From a virus (Duplodnaviria; Caudoviricetes), in the IMG/VR virus record IMGVR_UViG_3300001528_000285, positions 1,381 through 65,380 of that record: a stretch of DNA of 64,000 nucleotides. The stretch is one strand, 5' to 3'. The position numbers and the translations under genes are program-made. Below the pieces are notes generated by a model that made no database searches, was not told where the DNA came from, and worked only from the letters and a program-made list of their open reading frames with translations. Below are positions 39,903-50,551 of the stretch, in pieces (the first letter of the stretch is position 1; each line of letters starts with the position of its first letter).

Positions 39903-40817
39903 TTAGATTGTTACATTGAATGTCATATCAGACGGGAACGGCTGATCAGGAATATAGGTATAAACCTTATAGCTGATAGCAGTATAATTATTCGCGCCTT
40001 CAACATCAACAGTAGTCTTAGTGAAGAATGTCTTAGATTCATCGTTATTGAACTCAACGTACTTAACGCTAGTAACATCACGGAACGTAGCAGGATAAGC
40101 AAACGTTGCACGGGTCTGACCCTTAGTAACCTTAACAGTAAAGGTCTTACCATTAGAAGCAGCACCAGTAGAGCTACTCTTGAATGCACGAACATCAGCA
40201 GACGTAGTAGCTGCAGTCGTAACATCATCAGCACTCCAGAAATACTTACGATAAGAAGTATAACTTAACTCAGAAGAATTCTTAGAACCGGCAGTAACAT
40301 GACCAGTTGAATAATCATCACCAAAGTTATCCTTCTTAATAGCACCTTCAGCATACGTGGCAGTAGCAATGAACTTAGTAGTACCAGTAACGGTAAAAGT
40401 TTCACTATGCGTAGCAGGAGAAGTGGTAGAAGTCTTAACAGCAGCATTATTCTTCTTAATTACGATGTTAGTGAGATCACCAGCATCATTCTTGGTAAAA
40501 GCAGAGCTGAAGCTAGGAGTAACTTCAGTTCCCTCTTCATAACTACCAGCAGTATTACCAGTAGCAGTTAAAGATACACTCGGCTGAGTGTACGTAGGAG
40601 GAATCTGAACCTGTAAAATCTTACGGAAAATAGCATCCGCAGAAGTATCAGGAGCAATCACATCGCCATTTTTAAAAGAACCAACAGGATTTGTCAGCAT
40701 AACATTAATCTGTTCTGAGGTTTTAACATTAGCAGTCTTCGTAATCGGATGAAGAATACGGAAAGAGCCATCAGATTCTTTATTTTTCATTAAGAAATCA
40801 ACAATAACGTCAGGCAT
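39903..40817 (-). CDS. Virion Ig-like/beta-rich protein
   Basis: Thr/Ser/Ala-rich; adjacent to the 1146-aa gene. Confidence 0.55.
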   Translation of the reverse strand: MPDVIVDFLMKNKESDGSFRILHPITKTANVKTSEQINVMLTNPVGSFKNGDVIAPDTSADAIFRKILQVQIPPTYTQPSVSLTATGNTAGSYEEGTEVTPSFSSAFTKNDAGDLTNIVIKKNNAAVKTSTTSPATHSETFTVTGTTKFIATATYAEGAIKKDNFGDDYSTGHVTAGSKNSSELSYTSYRKYFWSADDVTTAATTSADVRAFKSSSTGAASNGKTFTVKVTKGQTRATFAYPATFRDVTSVKYVEFNNDESKTFFTKTTVDVEGANNYTAISYKVYTYIPDQPFPSDMTFNVTI

Positions 40818-40931
40818 AATATTTATCCCCTTTCTTATTTTTTTTCAGTTATAAAAAAATGATATGATTAGTGCCAGTAATTATGACACTAATCATATCA
40901 TCATTACTGATTAGTATATTGTTTAAAAATA

Positions 40932-41585
40932 TCAACCATCGGTAATATCCGTATCAAGCCACAAAATTGCAGGATCAGTATGTCCTTTATCATGATCATC
41001 ACTAACACAAAGATCCTTCTGTTCATCAATAATAAGCTGAGGTGCTGTATTGAAATCTGTAACAGTTTGTGAACTAGAAACAGTAGATTCACCTTCATAG
41101 TCAAATACAACATCACCAGTAGAAAGATCTGACAAGTCAGATGTACTAGTATCATCAACAATAGGAATACCATTCATTGTGAATACAACATTAATTGCAT
41201 CTGCACCATCAGTAGGAGAAACTGTTTCAGGAAGTTTATGAGTTGTATATCTTACAGGAGCAACCCAGACTTGAATATTTTTATCGCTAGGTTCCGTTGC
41301 AGAAATAGAAACAACTCGCTGTAAGTTATTCATGACATTATCTGAAAAAGTATAATTATTCCAATTTGCAGAATTATAAGGTCCTTTAATGCCATTTTTT
41401 ACAGCAATAATAATCTTAATTTTTCCTGTAGATTTATCTGTAATAAACGCTTTATCACCAGTATTATATTCCCGATTAGGATCAAATTCTTCAATTTTTT
41501 CATTACCAAAGACAAATGAACGTAAGAGGTTCAATGCGCTTTGTTTATCAACAATATTATTACTAATAATTTTATAACTAGCCAT
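40932..41585 (-). CDS. Virion structural protein
   Basis: RBS AAGGAGG; structural gene cluster. Confidence 0.55.
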   Translation of the reverse strand: MASYKIISNNIVDKQSALNLLRSFVFGNEKIEEFDPNREYNTGDKAFITDKSTGKIKIIIAVKNGIKGPYNSANWNNYTFSDNVMNNLQRVVSISATEPSDKNIQVWVAPVRYTTHKLPETVSPTDGADAINVVFTMNGIPIVDDTSTSDLSDLSTGDVVFDYEGESTVSSSQTVTDFNTAPQLIIDEQKDLCVSDDHDKGHTDPAILWLDTDITDG

Positions 41586-41600
41586 TGTTTACACCTCCTT

Positions 41601-42281
41601 TTACGTTTCTAAAACCATAAAAATACTATTACAAATAGGACGGATACCGGTAATATCTGTAGTAGTACCAGGATTTCCAAATTCTTCTTTTTTAGCATCA
41701 AGGGTAATGGACTGAAGCACTAAGGCCTCAACACGTTTCGTAGTATTAAGTGTAATAATACTATTATCCTGTAAATGATAAATTTTATTATTCATGATAT
41801 CTACACTATTAGAAATAGTAGCAGTATCAGATAAAGTTCCATCAGAATACTTTAATGCAATACCAATTTTTAAAATCATATTATTTTTCTGTGAAGAAAA
41901 ACCATTTACATTTTCGGTAATACCATCAATATCTGAATGAATCATTAATCTTTTACAATTATAAGCTAATTCAATAGGAGTTTTAATATAATTTACACCA
42001 GACTCCATCACAAAAGGAGATACTCCAGTAGTACTGTCAAGAGAAATATTAATGATATCACCATAAATATCATAATTATTTGCATCAATACGGGTTGCAT
42101 TAACATGAGAAGATAATCTTGAATTATAATTATATGAAATAGTATCACCAGATGGAGTTTTAACTAAAACTTCACCGGTGTTTTTATCTATCATTACCTC
42201 TTCATTAAATGCATCGGCAAAATTCTCTTTTGATAAAAGAGAAACACCCCATCTATGTGTAGTAGGCATGTAAAACACCAC
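41601..42281 (-). CDS. Virion structural protein
   Basis: Late-type promoter at 42289-42300; start may be 42269. Confidence 0.55.
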   Translation of the reverse strand: MVFYMPTTHRWGVSLLSKENFADAFNEEVMIDKNTGEVLVKTPSGDTISYNYNSRLSSHVNATRIDANNYDIYGDIINISLDSTTGVSPFVMESGVNYIKTPIELAYNCKRLMIHSDIDGITENVNGFSSQKNNMILKIGIALKYSDGTLSDTATISNSVDIMNNKIYHLQDNSIITLNTTKRVEALVLQSITLDAKKEEFGNPGTTTDITGIRPICNSIFMVLET

Positions 42282-42301
42282 CTTTCTTTACAGTAATGTT
42301 T

Positions 42302-44917
42302 TTAATCAGTAGTAAATGTTCCTTTGTCGGGATTTAAGAAAACATCCATTTCAAATTTTGTTGTATCAAAATCAGGATTCACATAAAGATTATTTTTAGA
42401 ATCAAATAATCTAAAATATTTAGATTTCATTTCTGTAGTGATTTGTTGAAGATCAGGATTGATCAATTTAAGACTAAATAAATATTCTTCCAGGAAACCA
42501 ATAATATCAACAACAATATCAAGAGTAATATCAGGAATAATATCATCAATATCATCATATTGATCTTCAATTTCATCAACGATTTCATCAAAGATTCTAG
42601 AGCTAATATCATCTGTATCATAGGTATTATCCCAGGTATAAGAATCTAAGTTTTTCTGATAAACTTCAAGATTCGTTAAAGTAGGAATACCTGTAATAAT
42701 CATAATAAACGGTGAAATGATCTCTGTATTAGTTTCATCTAATTTAATACCATTCAGATAAATATCATACCATTTAAAATCAAGAGGTTTACTGATTTTA
42801 CCAGTTAAATCAACAATACCTTTTTTATTAATAGTTTCTTGATAATAAACCATAAAATATTTATTTGTATTATAAATAAATGTAAATTCATCTTCAGGAT
42901 TAAAATTAAGAAGTGCCTTAATTCTATGAGGTCCTTTAATTTTATCTGAAAATGTATATTTACGAGCTACATTAGGAACTAAACGACCATTCTTATAAAT
43001 AAGAATATTTCTTGAATCGTTATTAATCGGAATGTTAATATTAAATTCATTTTTTCCTTTAATAACCTGCTTAAAGGTTATTCTTGTAACATAAGCATTT
43101 ACAACTTTATTCGCATCAATAGGATTATTAAATTTAACATAGACTTCTTTATATGAAAAGAAATCATTATCTGTAATTTCTTCATATATATCATCGATTT
43201 TACGATATAAAGTGTAATCATTCTTTGTCATATAAATAGCATTTCCATCATTGTCCTGTGTGGAAATATAAATATCTGACATTTGAATTCTTTGATAATT
43301 AGGAATATTGATTTTATAATACTCATTAATATCACTAATAGTAATTTCCTGTCTATAATTATAATCTACAAATTTTTCTACATGGATCATACTATCAGTA
43401 TTAACCATTCTAGCAGGAATATAAATGTAAGTATATTTTTCATCATAATACTCATAGGTTTCATTAGACTGATATCCATCAATAATAATATTTACTTTAT
43501 CATTGATAGAATTATGTCTAAATAAGAATAAATAACAAGGTTCAGAGAATTCTTCTTTCTGAGCAGGATCTTTAATTTCTTGATGATTATTTGTACGATA
43601 TCTTGAGCTAAGATTTTCTATTTCAGATACATCAATATAGAAACTAGGCATATATCCTACTAATTTATCTAAATAGATTGCATAGTAATCTCCTTCCAAA
43701 TTAAGAGATTCTGTCAATCTATTCATTTTATAAATTAAATGATCTGAGAATGATTTTTGTAAATCATTATTATCATACACCATAGAAATAGGAGTATAAT
43801 TTTTAATAATATCAGGAATTGTTTTATTTTTATATCTCTCTAATACGTTATTTACGAATCTATAATAAAGACGTAATTCATTTTTGTATTTTGAACCTAC
43901 TGATACAGTATCATCTGAATAGTATACAAAAATAACAAGATCATCTTTATGAGTAGTTTCAACTTTATAAATATTAGGATAGTACAATGATAATTTTGTA
44001 GAATGATCAAAGAGTAATTTACAATTATTCTTTCTGAAAATCAAAAGATTCTCAATAGGAATAGGCATATCTTTAATCGGTAATTCAAAGTATTCAGTTC
44101 CAGTAGGAACTGTAATTGTATCCATATAATTTAATAAATATACATTCTTTAAATACGTATATGTATTAGAAAGAGATTTAATTTCATTTTCATTAAAATA
44201 GATCTTATCATCCTTTAATTCTGTTGTAAGAAGTTGATACTTATATAAATGAGTATCATCATTTGTAACCCAACAAGTAAAATCATCAGAATGATCAATA
44301 TCATTCAGTGAAGCAAAGTTTACAATAGGTAAACCAAGATACTGAGGATTTACTGCATAATTGGTTAAAGTGGTTAAATTTGTTTTATAAACACTTTCTT
44401 CATGATTATTGACAAAAAATACAGTCATAACAGCTTTACTGTCAATTAAATCTTTCAATTCTTTATGAGTAAATCCATTTCTAACATAAGGACTAGTTGT
44501 TGGGAAAGATGCAAATGATTTAAATACAATATTAGTAATATCCTCGTTAGGTCTTACATAATAATTTGTATATAATTCTCCATTAATAAAAACCATTACA
44601 GAATTATAGAAAATGTCTGTATTTGATATAATATCGTCAGGAGAAATATTCTTCTTATAAAAAGGAGAATTTCTATAAGCAATACGGGTTTCATTTGTAA
44701 TAAATTGAGAATTAATACTATAGATAACCTCTGTATTATTAAAAACATCAAAATCATCCATAGTAAAATCAAAGCGTCTAATATCTGTAATAGCTTTTTG
44801 AGCTTCATAAAGATTATAGAAAAGACGTTCTTTGATGTCCCAAAGAGTTTCATTGAGGATTTTTATATTAAAAGGATCATTACCAATGATCTGATATACA
44901 TGTTTATTGGTACTCAT
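42302..44917 (-). CDS. Large virion structural protein (baseplate/tail)
   Basis: About 870-aa beta-rich ORF with VFINGELY, IYKNGRLV and IYLNGIKL repeats. Confidence 0.55.
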   Translation of the reverse strand: MSTNKHVYQIIGNDPFNIKILNETLWDIKERLFYNLYEAQKAITDIRRFDFTMDDFDVFNNTEVIYSINSQFITNETRIAYRNSPFYKKNISPDDIISNTDIFYNSVMVFINGELYTNYYVRPNEDITNIVFKSFASFPTTSPYVRNGFTHKELKDLIDSKAVMTVFFVNNHEESVYKTNLTTLTNYAVNPQYLGLPIVNFASLNDIDHSDDFTCWVTNDDTHLYKYQLLTTELKDDKIYFNENEIKSLSNTYTYLKNVYLLNYMDTITVPTGTEYFELPIKDMPIPIENLLIFRKNNCKLLFDHSTKLSLYYPNIYKVETTHKDDLVIFVYYSDDTVSVGSKYKNELRLYYRFVNNVLERYKNKTIPDIIKNYTPISMVYDNNDLQKSFSDHLIYKMNRLTESLNLEGDYYAIYLDKLVGYMPSFYIDVSEIENLSSRYRTNNHQEIKDPAQKEEFSEPCYLFLFRHNSINDKVNIIIDGYQSNETYEYYDEKYTYIYIPARMVNTDSMIHVEKFVDYNYRQEITISDINEYYKINIPNYQRIQMSDIYISTQDNDGNAIYMTKNDYTLYRKIDDIYEEITDNDFFSYKEVYVKFNNPIDANKVVNAYVTRITFKQVIKGKNEFNINIPINNDSRNILIYKNGRLVPNVARKYTFSDKIKGPHRIKALLNFNPEDEFTFIYNTNKYFMVYYQETINKKGIVDLTGKISKPLDFKWYDIYLNGIKLDETNTEIISPFIMIITGIPTLTNLEVYQKNLDSYTWDNTYDTDDISSRIFDEIVDEIEDQYDDIDDIIPDITLDIVVDIIGFLEEYLFSLKLINPDLQQITTEMKSKYFRLFDSKNNLYVNPDFDTTKFEMDVFLNPDKGTFTTD

Positions 44918-45031
44918 GATTTCACATCCTTTCATTACTATTAACAAATCTTTTATAGTAATGTTAAAAGACATAAAAAGTATAGAAAGTAGAGGAACTT
45001 CTTTTAGTTCTCTACTTTCTATACTAGTTTT

Positions 45032-45514
45032 TTATTCAGATTTTGTATTATCATCAGTGGTTACCTTTTTAGTACTCTTTTTCTTTTTAATTTCCATACT
45101 ATGTTTAATATAGTCTTCCAACTCATGATGACACCTATTTAATTCATTAATGTTTTCCCACATATTCTTTTGATTTGTCAGGATCTTAGTAACATTTGTG
45201 TTTGTAGCTGATGTATCTGCATTAATATTATTAAGCATAGTAACAATAGAAGTATTATTACTAGCAATACTTTCTTTTAATGAACTGATAACACTACTAT
45301 TTTCCCGAATTACATTCAAAATCATCTGGGTCTCATTTAAGTTTGCTTGATTAGTATCTTTCTTGGATTTCTTCAAAATGATAACAAAAGGAATTGCAAA
45401 AACGACAAGTCCAATTAATACAAGAATGAAAAAATAAATTAATTCACTCTGAGTTTGCTTAACGATATCAGAAATTATTTCCTGATATCCCTCTGTATTA
45501 TTTAAATTATTCAT
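45032..45514 (-). CDS. Holin-like membrane protein
   Basis: One transmembrane helix, then a coiled coil; next to the endolysin; late-type promoter at 45555-45566. Confidence 0.5.
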   Translation of the reverse strand: MNNLNNTEGYQEIISDIVKQTQSELIYFFILVLIGLVVFAIPFVIILKKSKKDTNQANLNETQMILNVIRENSSVISSLKESIASNNTSIVTMLNNINADTSATNTNVTKILTNQKNMWENINELNRCHHELEDYIKHSMEIKKKKSTKKVTTDDNTKSE

Positions 45515-45615
45515 ATAAAAATTTATCCTCCTTCCCACCAGAGTTAATTTTTATTATATAAATGTTTGAGTATTATCTGGAATATGCTTTCGTGCATATT
45601 CCAGATAAATTCATT

Positions 45616-46824
45616 TTAATCAATAATAATTGTTGTATATCCCATCTTCTTCAATTCTGAAATACTAATGGAAGTAGGTTTATCTTCCTTAGAGTCTGTA
45701 TCCGGTCCAATGATAGTTGTATTATTATCATCAGGTTCAGCTTCATCCGATGTGATAGGTCCTGTAGTTTCAGACTTATCATCATCAGGTTTAGAAGTTT
45801 CTGTAACAGTAATATACTTACCATTACAATAACCAGTAATACTATTTGTAATAACCTTATACCAACCATTAGAATATTCTTCTAAGATAGTAACAGGAGT
45901 TTCAAATGCAATTGCTGTTAAGATACCATAAGAGGTTGAAGGGCCTGATCTAATATTTAAACCTTCTTTAGCATTAACTTTACCTGTCATTTTAGAAGAA
46001 GTTGATGTATTAAATGTATAATTTTCAAGAGTAACATCGTCTGTAGGTACATATCCATATGTTTCACCATAAAGAATCTTGTACCAATTATCAATTTTGT
46101 CAACTACTTCAACTCTACATTTATTAAATAATACACCAATATTCTCACTACTTATAGATGTTAATTTTCTTACAACTACATCTGTTTTCATACAATAACC
46201 GATACATTTATAGTTATATGCACTAGAAACAACCTTAGAATCAACCCAATTAACACCAAGATATTTACAGATTCCTTTAGCTTCTAATTCTGCCATATCT
46301 CTTCTAAATGCTTGAGTTTTTAATAAAGCAACATCATCTTCACTAGTGTGAAAAGCATGTTCAACAAGAACAGCAGGCATCTTAGTTTCCCTAGTAACAT
46401 AAAGATTCTGAACAACAGGATCTCTCTGTTTTAAACCATACTTAGTTTTCATATCAGGAAATACTGTACTCATAATAGTACTAGCAGCTTTAGAAGCATT
46501 ATTACTATTATAATATACATGAGTAGAATATCCTCTAGCAGAATACCAACCACCATTTCCAGCAGCATTCGTATGAATACTGAAAAAGAAATTTACATTG
46601 TTACTATTAGCAACTTTAACACGAGCTGCTAAATCATCAGAACTATCAGCATACTTTCTAGTACGATAAACTTTAATACCACATCTTTCAAGATGCGCTT
46701 GAATCTTTAGAGCAAGATCCCAGTTAAATTCATATTCAAAATATGATTCATCTGGTGATCTTTTTCCAGCAGTTTTTGTATAGTGTCCAGCATCAAGTGC
46801 AACAGAAATTGCCATTGTAGACAC
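45616..46824 (-). CDS. Endolysin: N-acetylmuramoyl-L-alanine amidase (Amidase_3) with SH3b domains
   Basis: VALDAGH, EYEFN, SIHTNA, VLVEHAF; SH3b signatures LNIRSGPSTSY and GWYKV. Confidence 0.9.
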   Translation of the reverse strand: MSTMAISVALDAGHYTKTAGKRSPDESYFEYEFNWDLALKIQAHLERCGIKVYRTRKYADSSDDLAARVKVANSNNVNFFFSIHTNAAGNGGWYSARGYSTHVYYNSNNASKAASTIMSTVFPDMKTKYGLKQRDPVVQNLYVTRETKMPAVLVEHAFHTSEDDVALLKTQAFRRDMAELEAKGICKYLGVNWVDSKVVSSAYNYKCIGYCMKTDVVVRKLTSISSENIGVLFNKCRVEVVDKIDNWYKILYGETYGYVPTDDVTLENYTFNTSTSSKMTGKVNAKEGLNIRSGPSTSYGILTAIAFETPVTILEEYSNGWYKVITNSITGYCNGKYITVTETSKPDDDKSETTGPITSDEAEPDDNNTTIIGPDTDSKEDKPTSISISELKKMGYTTIIID

Positions 46825-46839
46825 ATCCTTTCTTAAAAT

Positions 46840-47364
46840 TTAAAAATGATATCCAATAGAACGCATAAATAGAGGGAACTTAATATCTTCTAGCGAAATT
46901 TTACTAATAATATCATTAAGACAAACAGCATCATCTAACATATCACTTACTAAGTTATATCTAGTAATGATTTTTAATGCAACAGAATAAATACTAATCT
47001 GGAGATTATTATTCTTACATCTATCGCCACATTTAATTAATTTCTTAATAACAGGAATAATGGAATTATCATCAGAATAATTCACAGTAGTTTTACATGC
47101 ATTGATACATTCCAGTAATTTAACAATACAATCAGTACTAATATAAAATTCATCTAAGCCGATATCACAATATGCAGCCGTGAATTCATCGTAATTATCA
47201 CCAAAATGTTTCATTAAGATATCAATAAGTCTTTCAGCTAAATACTCATTATTTTGAATTCTTTTTACAGCGTCGTCATGCATTCCGCTAATATCTCCAT
47301 CTTTTTCTAAAGTTATAGAAAAAGAGCATAAGAATAAATCATTGTCATTAATAATATTAGACAT
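46840..47364 (-). CDS. Hypothetical protein in the radical SAM operon
   Basis: 174-aa ORF starting 2 nt after the upstream stop. Confidence 0.7.
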   Translation of the reverse strand: MSNIINDNDLFLCSFSITLEKDGDISGMHDDAVKRIQNNEYLAERLIDILMKHFGDNYDEFTAAYCDIGLDEFYISTDCIVKLLECINACKTTVNYSDDNSIIPVIKKLIKCGDRCKNNNLQISIYSVALKIITRYNLVSDMLDDAVCLNDIISKISLEDIKFPLFMRSIGYHF

Positions 47365-47366
47365 AA

Positions 47367-48023
47367 TTACTCACCATCCTTTACAGAATCACAAATTAAT
47401 GAATAAAATTCTTGATGAAGTTCATTATTTACAGAAAAACTGTTAAAATAATCTTTAAATGTATTTGAATGAATAAAAGATATTTCATCTTTTATTTGCT
47501 GATCTGTATAAGTTTTTCCTTTTCGTAAATCTTTAATCTGATTTTTACAATATTCAGATACAGGAAAACATTGTGAAAAATCTCCCGTATAATAAAATCT
47601 TCTTAAAATATCACCCAGAATTAAAATTCTATTATGATTATTATATTGAAAATCATGATCAATTAATTCTAATGTTAAATTATATGTGTATCTTGGTGCA
47701 ATATTCATAAGACTATTTTTATTTATATCAATAAATTTTTTTAATGACTTATTAATATAAATAATGTTAACTAAATCTCCAATAAATAATGGATTAGAAC
47801 AACATTGAATTTTTTCAATAGATTGATATGGTAGATAAAAAATATCATAATCATTAATAATATCATGACTTTGTGCATCATTAGAAATTTCATTATTTGA
47901 CTTTACTAATGAAAAATAATCATGATCAGATGTTTCTGTATTTGTACCATATATTCTTGAACCTGCTATTGAAATAAATAATGGAATACCAATATTGGTA
48001 TTTATAATTTGATTAATATCCAT
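47367..48023 (-). CDS. Pol-beta superfamily nucleotidyltransferase
   Basis: IAGSRIYGTNTETSDHDY (GS...D.D motif); RBS AGGTGA. Confidence 0.75.
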   Translation of the reverse strand: MDINQIINTNIGIPLFISIAGSRIYGTNTETSDHDYFSLVKSNNEISNDAQSHDIINDYDIFYLPYQSIEKIQCCSNPLFIGDLVNIIYINKSLKKFIDINKNSLMNIAPRYTYNLTLELIDHDFQYNNHNRILILGDILRRFYYTGDFSQCFPVSEYCKNQIKDLRKGKTYTDQQIKDEISFIHSNTFKDYFNSFSVNNELHQEFYSLICDSVKDGE

Positions 48024-48032
48024 ATAAATCAC

Positions 48033-48665
48033 CTATTTATTTGTCCCTGAACAAGTTGAATAGCATCCGCCACTACATCCACCAGTACAATCATTACTAC
48101 AGGAACCACCGCAACTACCAGAACATCCACCGCTGCATCCACTACCACAATCACCACTACAACCACCACGACATGAATAACCACATGCGCTATGACATTC
48201 ATCCCAACAATCATTATTACAGGTATATCTACAACCCAATGCACAATCACTATCACAATCGCCATCACATCCGCCACATCCGCCACAGCCACTACATCCA
48301 CTACATCCAGAATAACAGCCAGATGAACATAATCCAGTACAACTTGAAGCACATCCACTGTTAGCTTGTGATGCAGTTACTGATATAGTTTTCAATGTGT
48401 TAACTTTGCTTTCTAATGTAATTAAATCAGAATCTTTAACAATTCTATCACCAGATGTACTAATGTCATTAGTAATTGCATTTACAGGTACAGCATTTTT
48501 TGTATAGTGTTCTTTACTTATGATTTTTCCTTTTGCAGGAACTACTGTGTAATCATAACTAGTTCCTGCATAATCTGCAACAGATCCTGTATTATTTCGT
48601 CTATTACATTCTGCTTTTACAGCAGCTTTTAATGTATTTAATCTGTCAGGAGTTATTAAAGCCAT
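48033..48665 (-). CDS. CXXX-repeat substrate protein (210 aa)
   Basis: About 105-aa N-terminal domain, then about 27 Cys mostly spaced CxxxC with a short CxxC stretch. Confidence 0.85.
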   Translation of the reverse strand: MALITPDRLNTLKAAVKAECNRRNNTGSVADYAGTSYDYTVVPAKGKIISKEHYTKNAVPVNAITNDISTSGDRIVKDSDLITLESKVNTLKTISVTASQANSGCASSCTGLCSSGCYSGCSGCSGCGGCGGCDGDCDSDCALGCRYTCNNDCWDECHSACGYSCRGGCSGDCGSGCSGGCSGSCGGSCSNDCTGGCSGGCYSTCSGTNK

Positions 48666-48667
48666 AT

Positions 48668-50014
48668 TTATTCACCTTCTTTCGAAAGATTTTTTAAATA
48701 CTCATACTCCTCTTCTCCAATAATTTCAACAGCCCATTCTTTAGGGATATATAATTCATATCTTTCTGTCATATTATTTTTTCTATAATGATTATTCCAA
48801 AGATATGAAATAGCCAATACTCTAGCCTTATGCATAACACATGTATAAGTAAGTCTCTTATTAGGAGAACCTGTTACTTCATAATTATATGCAGTGCACC
48901 AGCCACAACCACCAGCAATAGGACAATTAAAACATTCATCAGTAGACTGAGATCTTCTTGTTATACATCTAAGACAATCTACTCTATCACACTGAGTTTT
49001 TGTCTGCATAATTCCATTATAAACATCACCAATAATATAGGGTTCTTGTTTACCACAAATAGAATTATCCATATAACGTGTACATGGGAAGATATCACCT
49101 TTCCAGTCAACAGATATCATTAATCCATTTCCACCACACCAATTATTATCATTATCAGGTGATAAAGGCTTTCCTGCATACATAGGATCGAGTATAGATA
49201 AATATATCTCATCAACTAAATTATTCTCGATCAAATAATCAGAGATTTCTTTTAGTTGTTGATATAAAATCCTTGCATGCTCTACTGTCCATCCTTCTTC
49301 ATATACACAGTTTAAATTAATATTTACATACCCAGTATCAATCATTGATACAATTGCTTTCTTTAGATACATGATATTTCCAGGAGCAATTGTCAATTTT
49401 GAATTTACCATACGTCCATAAGTTTTTCTAAAATGGTTTACAGCAGCCATTGCTCTATCATAGCTACCTCGTCCTAATGCATCAACTCTACATGCATCAT
49501 GTAACTCTTTATTACCATCAATAGAAATACCAAGAGACAAATGATTAATATTTTTCTTTATATAATTTTGAACTTTTTCATCAAAATATAACATACCATT
49601 GGAACAGATACTCACTCGATATCTATTAGCCCAAGGATGTTGTCTAATAAAACACTGCTCAATAAAATAATCAGTAATCTGATCGAGTAAATCAATCTCT
49701 AAGAAAGGCTCACCTCCAATGAATTCAAGAATTGCTCCTTTTGAATCATCAGATGTGATATATTGATTTACTCGTTCATCTGCATCTAAAACCATATCAA
49801 TAAATCTTTTTGCTACATCAAAAGACATATGATTATGACGCTTTTCATGTTGATAACAATACGTACATCTTAAACAGCAATCTTCAGTTACAGCAAAAGT
49901 TATATTTTTTACATGATTACCATTGATATGTATTGGTGAAAAATCATCATCAGGAAATAATCTATTGATACTATCATTATAACCTTCAGTGCTATTTTTA
50001 TGCATAGATAACAT
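48668..50014 (-). CDS. Radical SAM/SPASM peptide maturase, CXXX-repeat target family
   Basis: CCLRCTYC motif, FIGGEP, SIDG; SPASM CGGNG...FPC...CFNC...GCGWC...C. Confidence 0.9.
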   Translation of the reverse strand: MLSMHKNSTEGYNDSINRLFPDDDFSPIHINGNHVKNITFAVTEDCCLRCTYCYQHEKRHNHMSFDVAKRFIDMVLDADERVNQYITSDDSKGAILEFIGGEPFLEIDLLDQITDYFIEQCFIRQHPWANRYRVSICSNGMLYFDEKVQNYIKKNINHLSLGISIDGNKELHDACRVDALGRGSYDRAMAAVNHFRKTYGRMVNSKLTIAPGNIMYLKKAIVSMIDTGYVNINLNCVYEEGWTVEHARILYQQLKEISDYLIENNLVDEIYLSILDPMYAGKPLSPDNDNNWCGGNGLMISVDWKGDIFPCTRYMDNSICGKQEPYIIGDVYNGIMQTKTQCDRVDCLRCITRRSQSTDECFNCPIAGGCGWCTAYNYEVTGSPNKRLTYTCVMHKARVLAISYLWNNHYRKNNMTERYELYIPKEWAVEIIGEEEYEYLKNLSKEGE

Positions 50015-50018
50015 TTTA

Positions 50019-50315
50019 TCAACCCCTATAAATAGTTAAAGTAGAAGTAGCAAAGTCTAAATTCCAAGAAATATTTCCTTCATAATGCTTAGGTTTAACA
50101 CAGATATCAAATAACTCAGTTTTAGCAGCTTCATATTTAATATAGAAATCTTTATACTCTTCATGATACTTTTTAAATGATTCAGTATCAGTTAATCCTT
50201 TACTCATAGCAAAGGTAAGCAAATCTTTACGAGAATTTACTTCATAATACAGAGATTCAACATAATCTCTTAAACTTTCAGAAATAGCAACGACTTCTAA
50301 AATTTCTTTATTCAT
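50019..50315 (-). CDS. CXXX modification system accessory protein
   Basis: 98 aa, helical, ending WNLDFATSTLTI like the small partner proteins of these systems; late-type promoter at 50369-50380. Confidence 0.6.
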   Translation of the reverse strand: MNKEILEVVAISESLRDYVESLYYEVNSRKDLLTFAMSKGLTDTESFKKYHEEYKDFYIKYEAAKTELFDICVKPKHYEGNISWNLDFATSTLTIYRG

Positions 50316-50447
50316 AGTATTCTCCCTCTCTTTAATAAAAATAAAGGTAATAAAAAATATATTACCTTTATTACATTGTTTGATTAATGATAAAATGTAG
50401 ATATGTGAGAAAAATCTCACATATCTACATAAATTTATATTTATAAA

Positions 50448-50531
50448 TCATGCCCAGGAATCATAGGAATCTTTAAGGTAGGCGGATTTATAATACTTCT
50501 CATTCGTGGCCACAAATTTACCATCACCATA
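50448..50531 (-). pseudogene. Orphan alternative C-terminus of the upstream propeller gene
   Basis: Reads YGDGKFVATNEKYYKSAYLKDSYDSWA*, paralleling YGNGKF...IKDSYDSLV* ending at 50905. Confidence 0.6.
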
Positions 50532-50551
50532 ATATTCATTCAAATTATTAT

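Noticed and set aside
36533-40542. Many overlapping alternative-frame and antisense ORFs (Leu/Val- or Ser/Ile-rich)
   Set aside because: Shadows of strongly biased codon usage in the real genes; no RBS and low-complexity translations. The same applies to 1803-2591, 5446-5901 and 10785-11492.
48029-48364. Val/Asp-rich and His-rich ORFs overlapping the Cys-rich gene
   Set aside because: Frame and strand shadows of the TGT/GGT/AGT repeats; the Cys frame fits the adjacent radical SAM enzyme.
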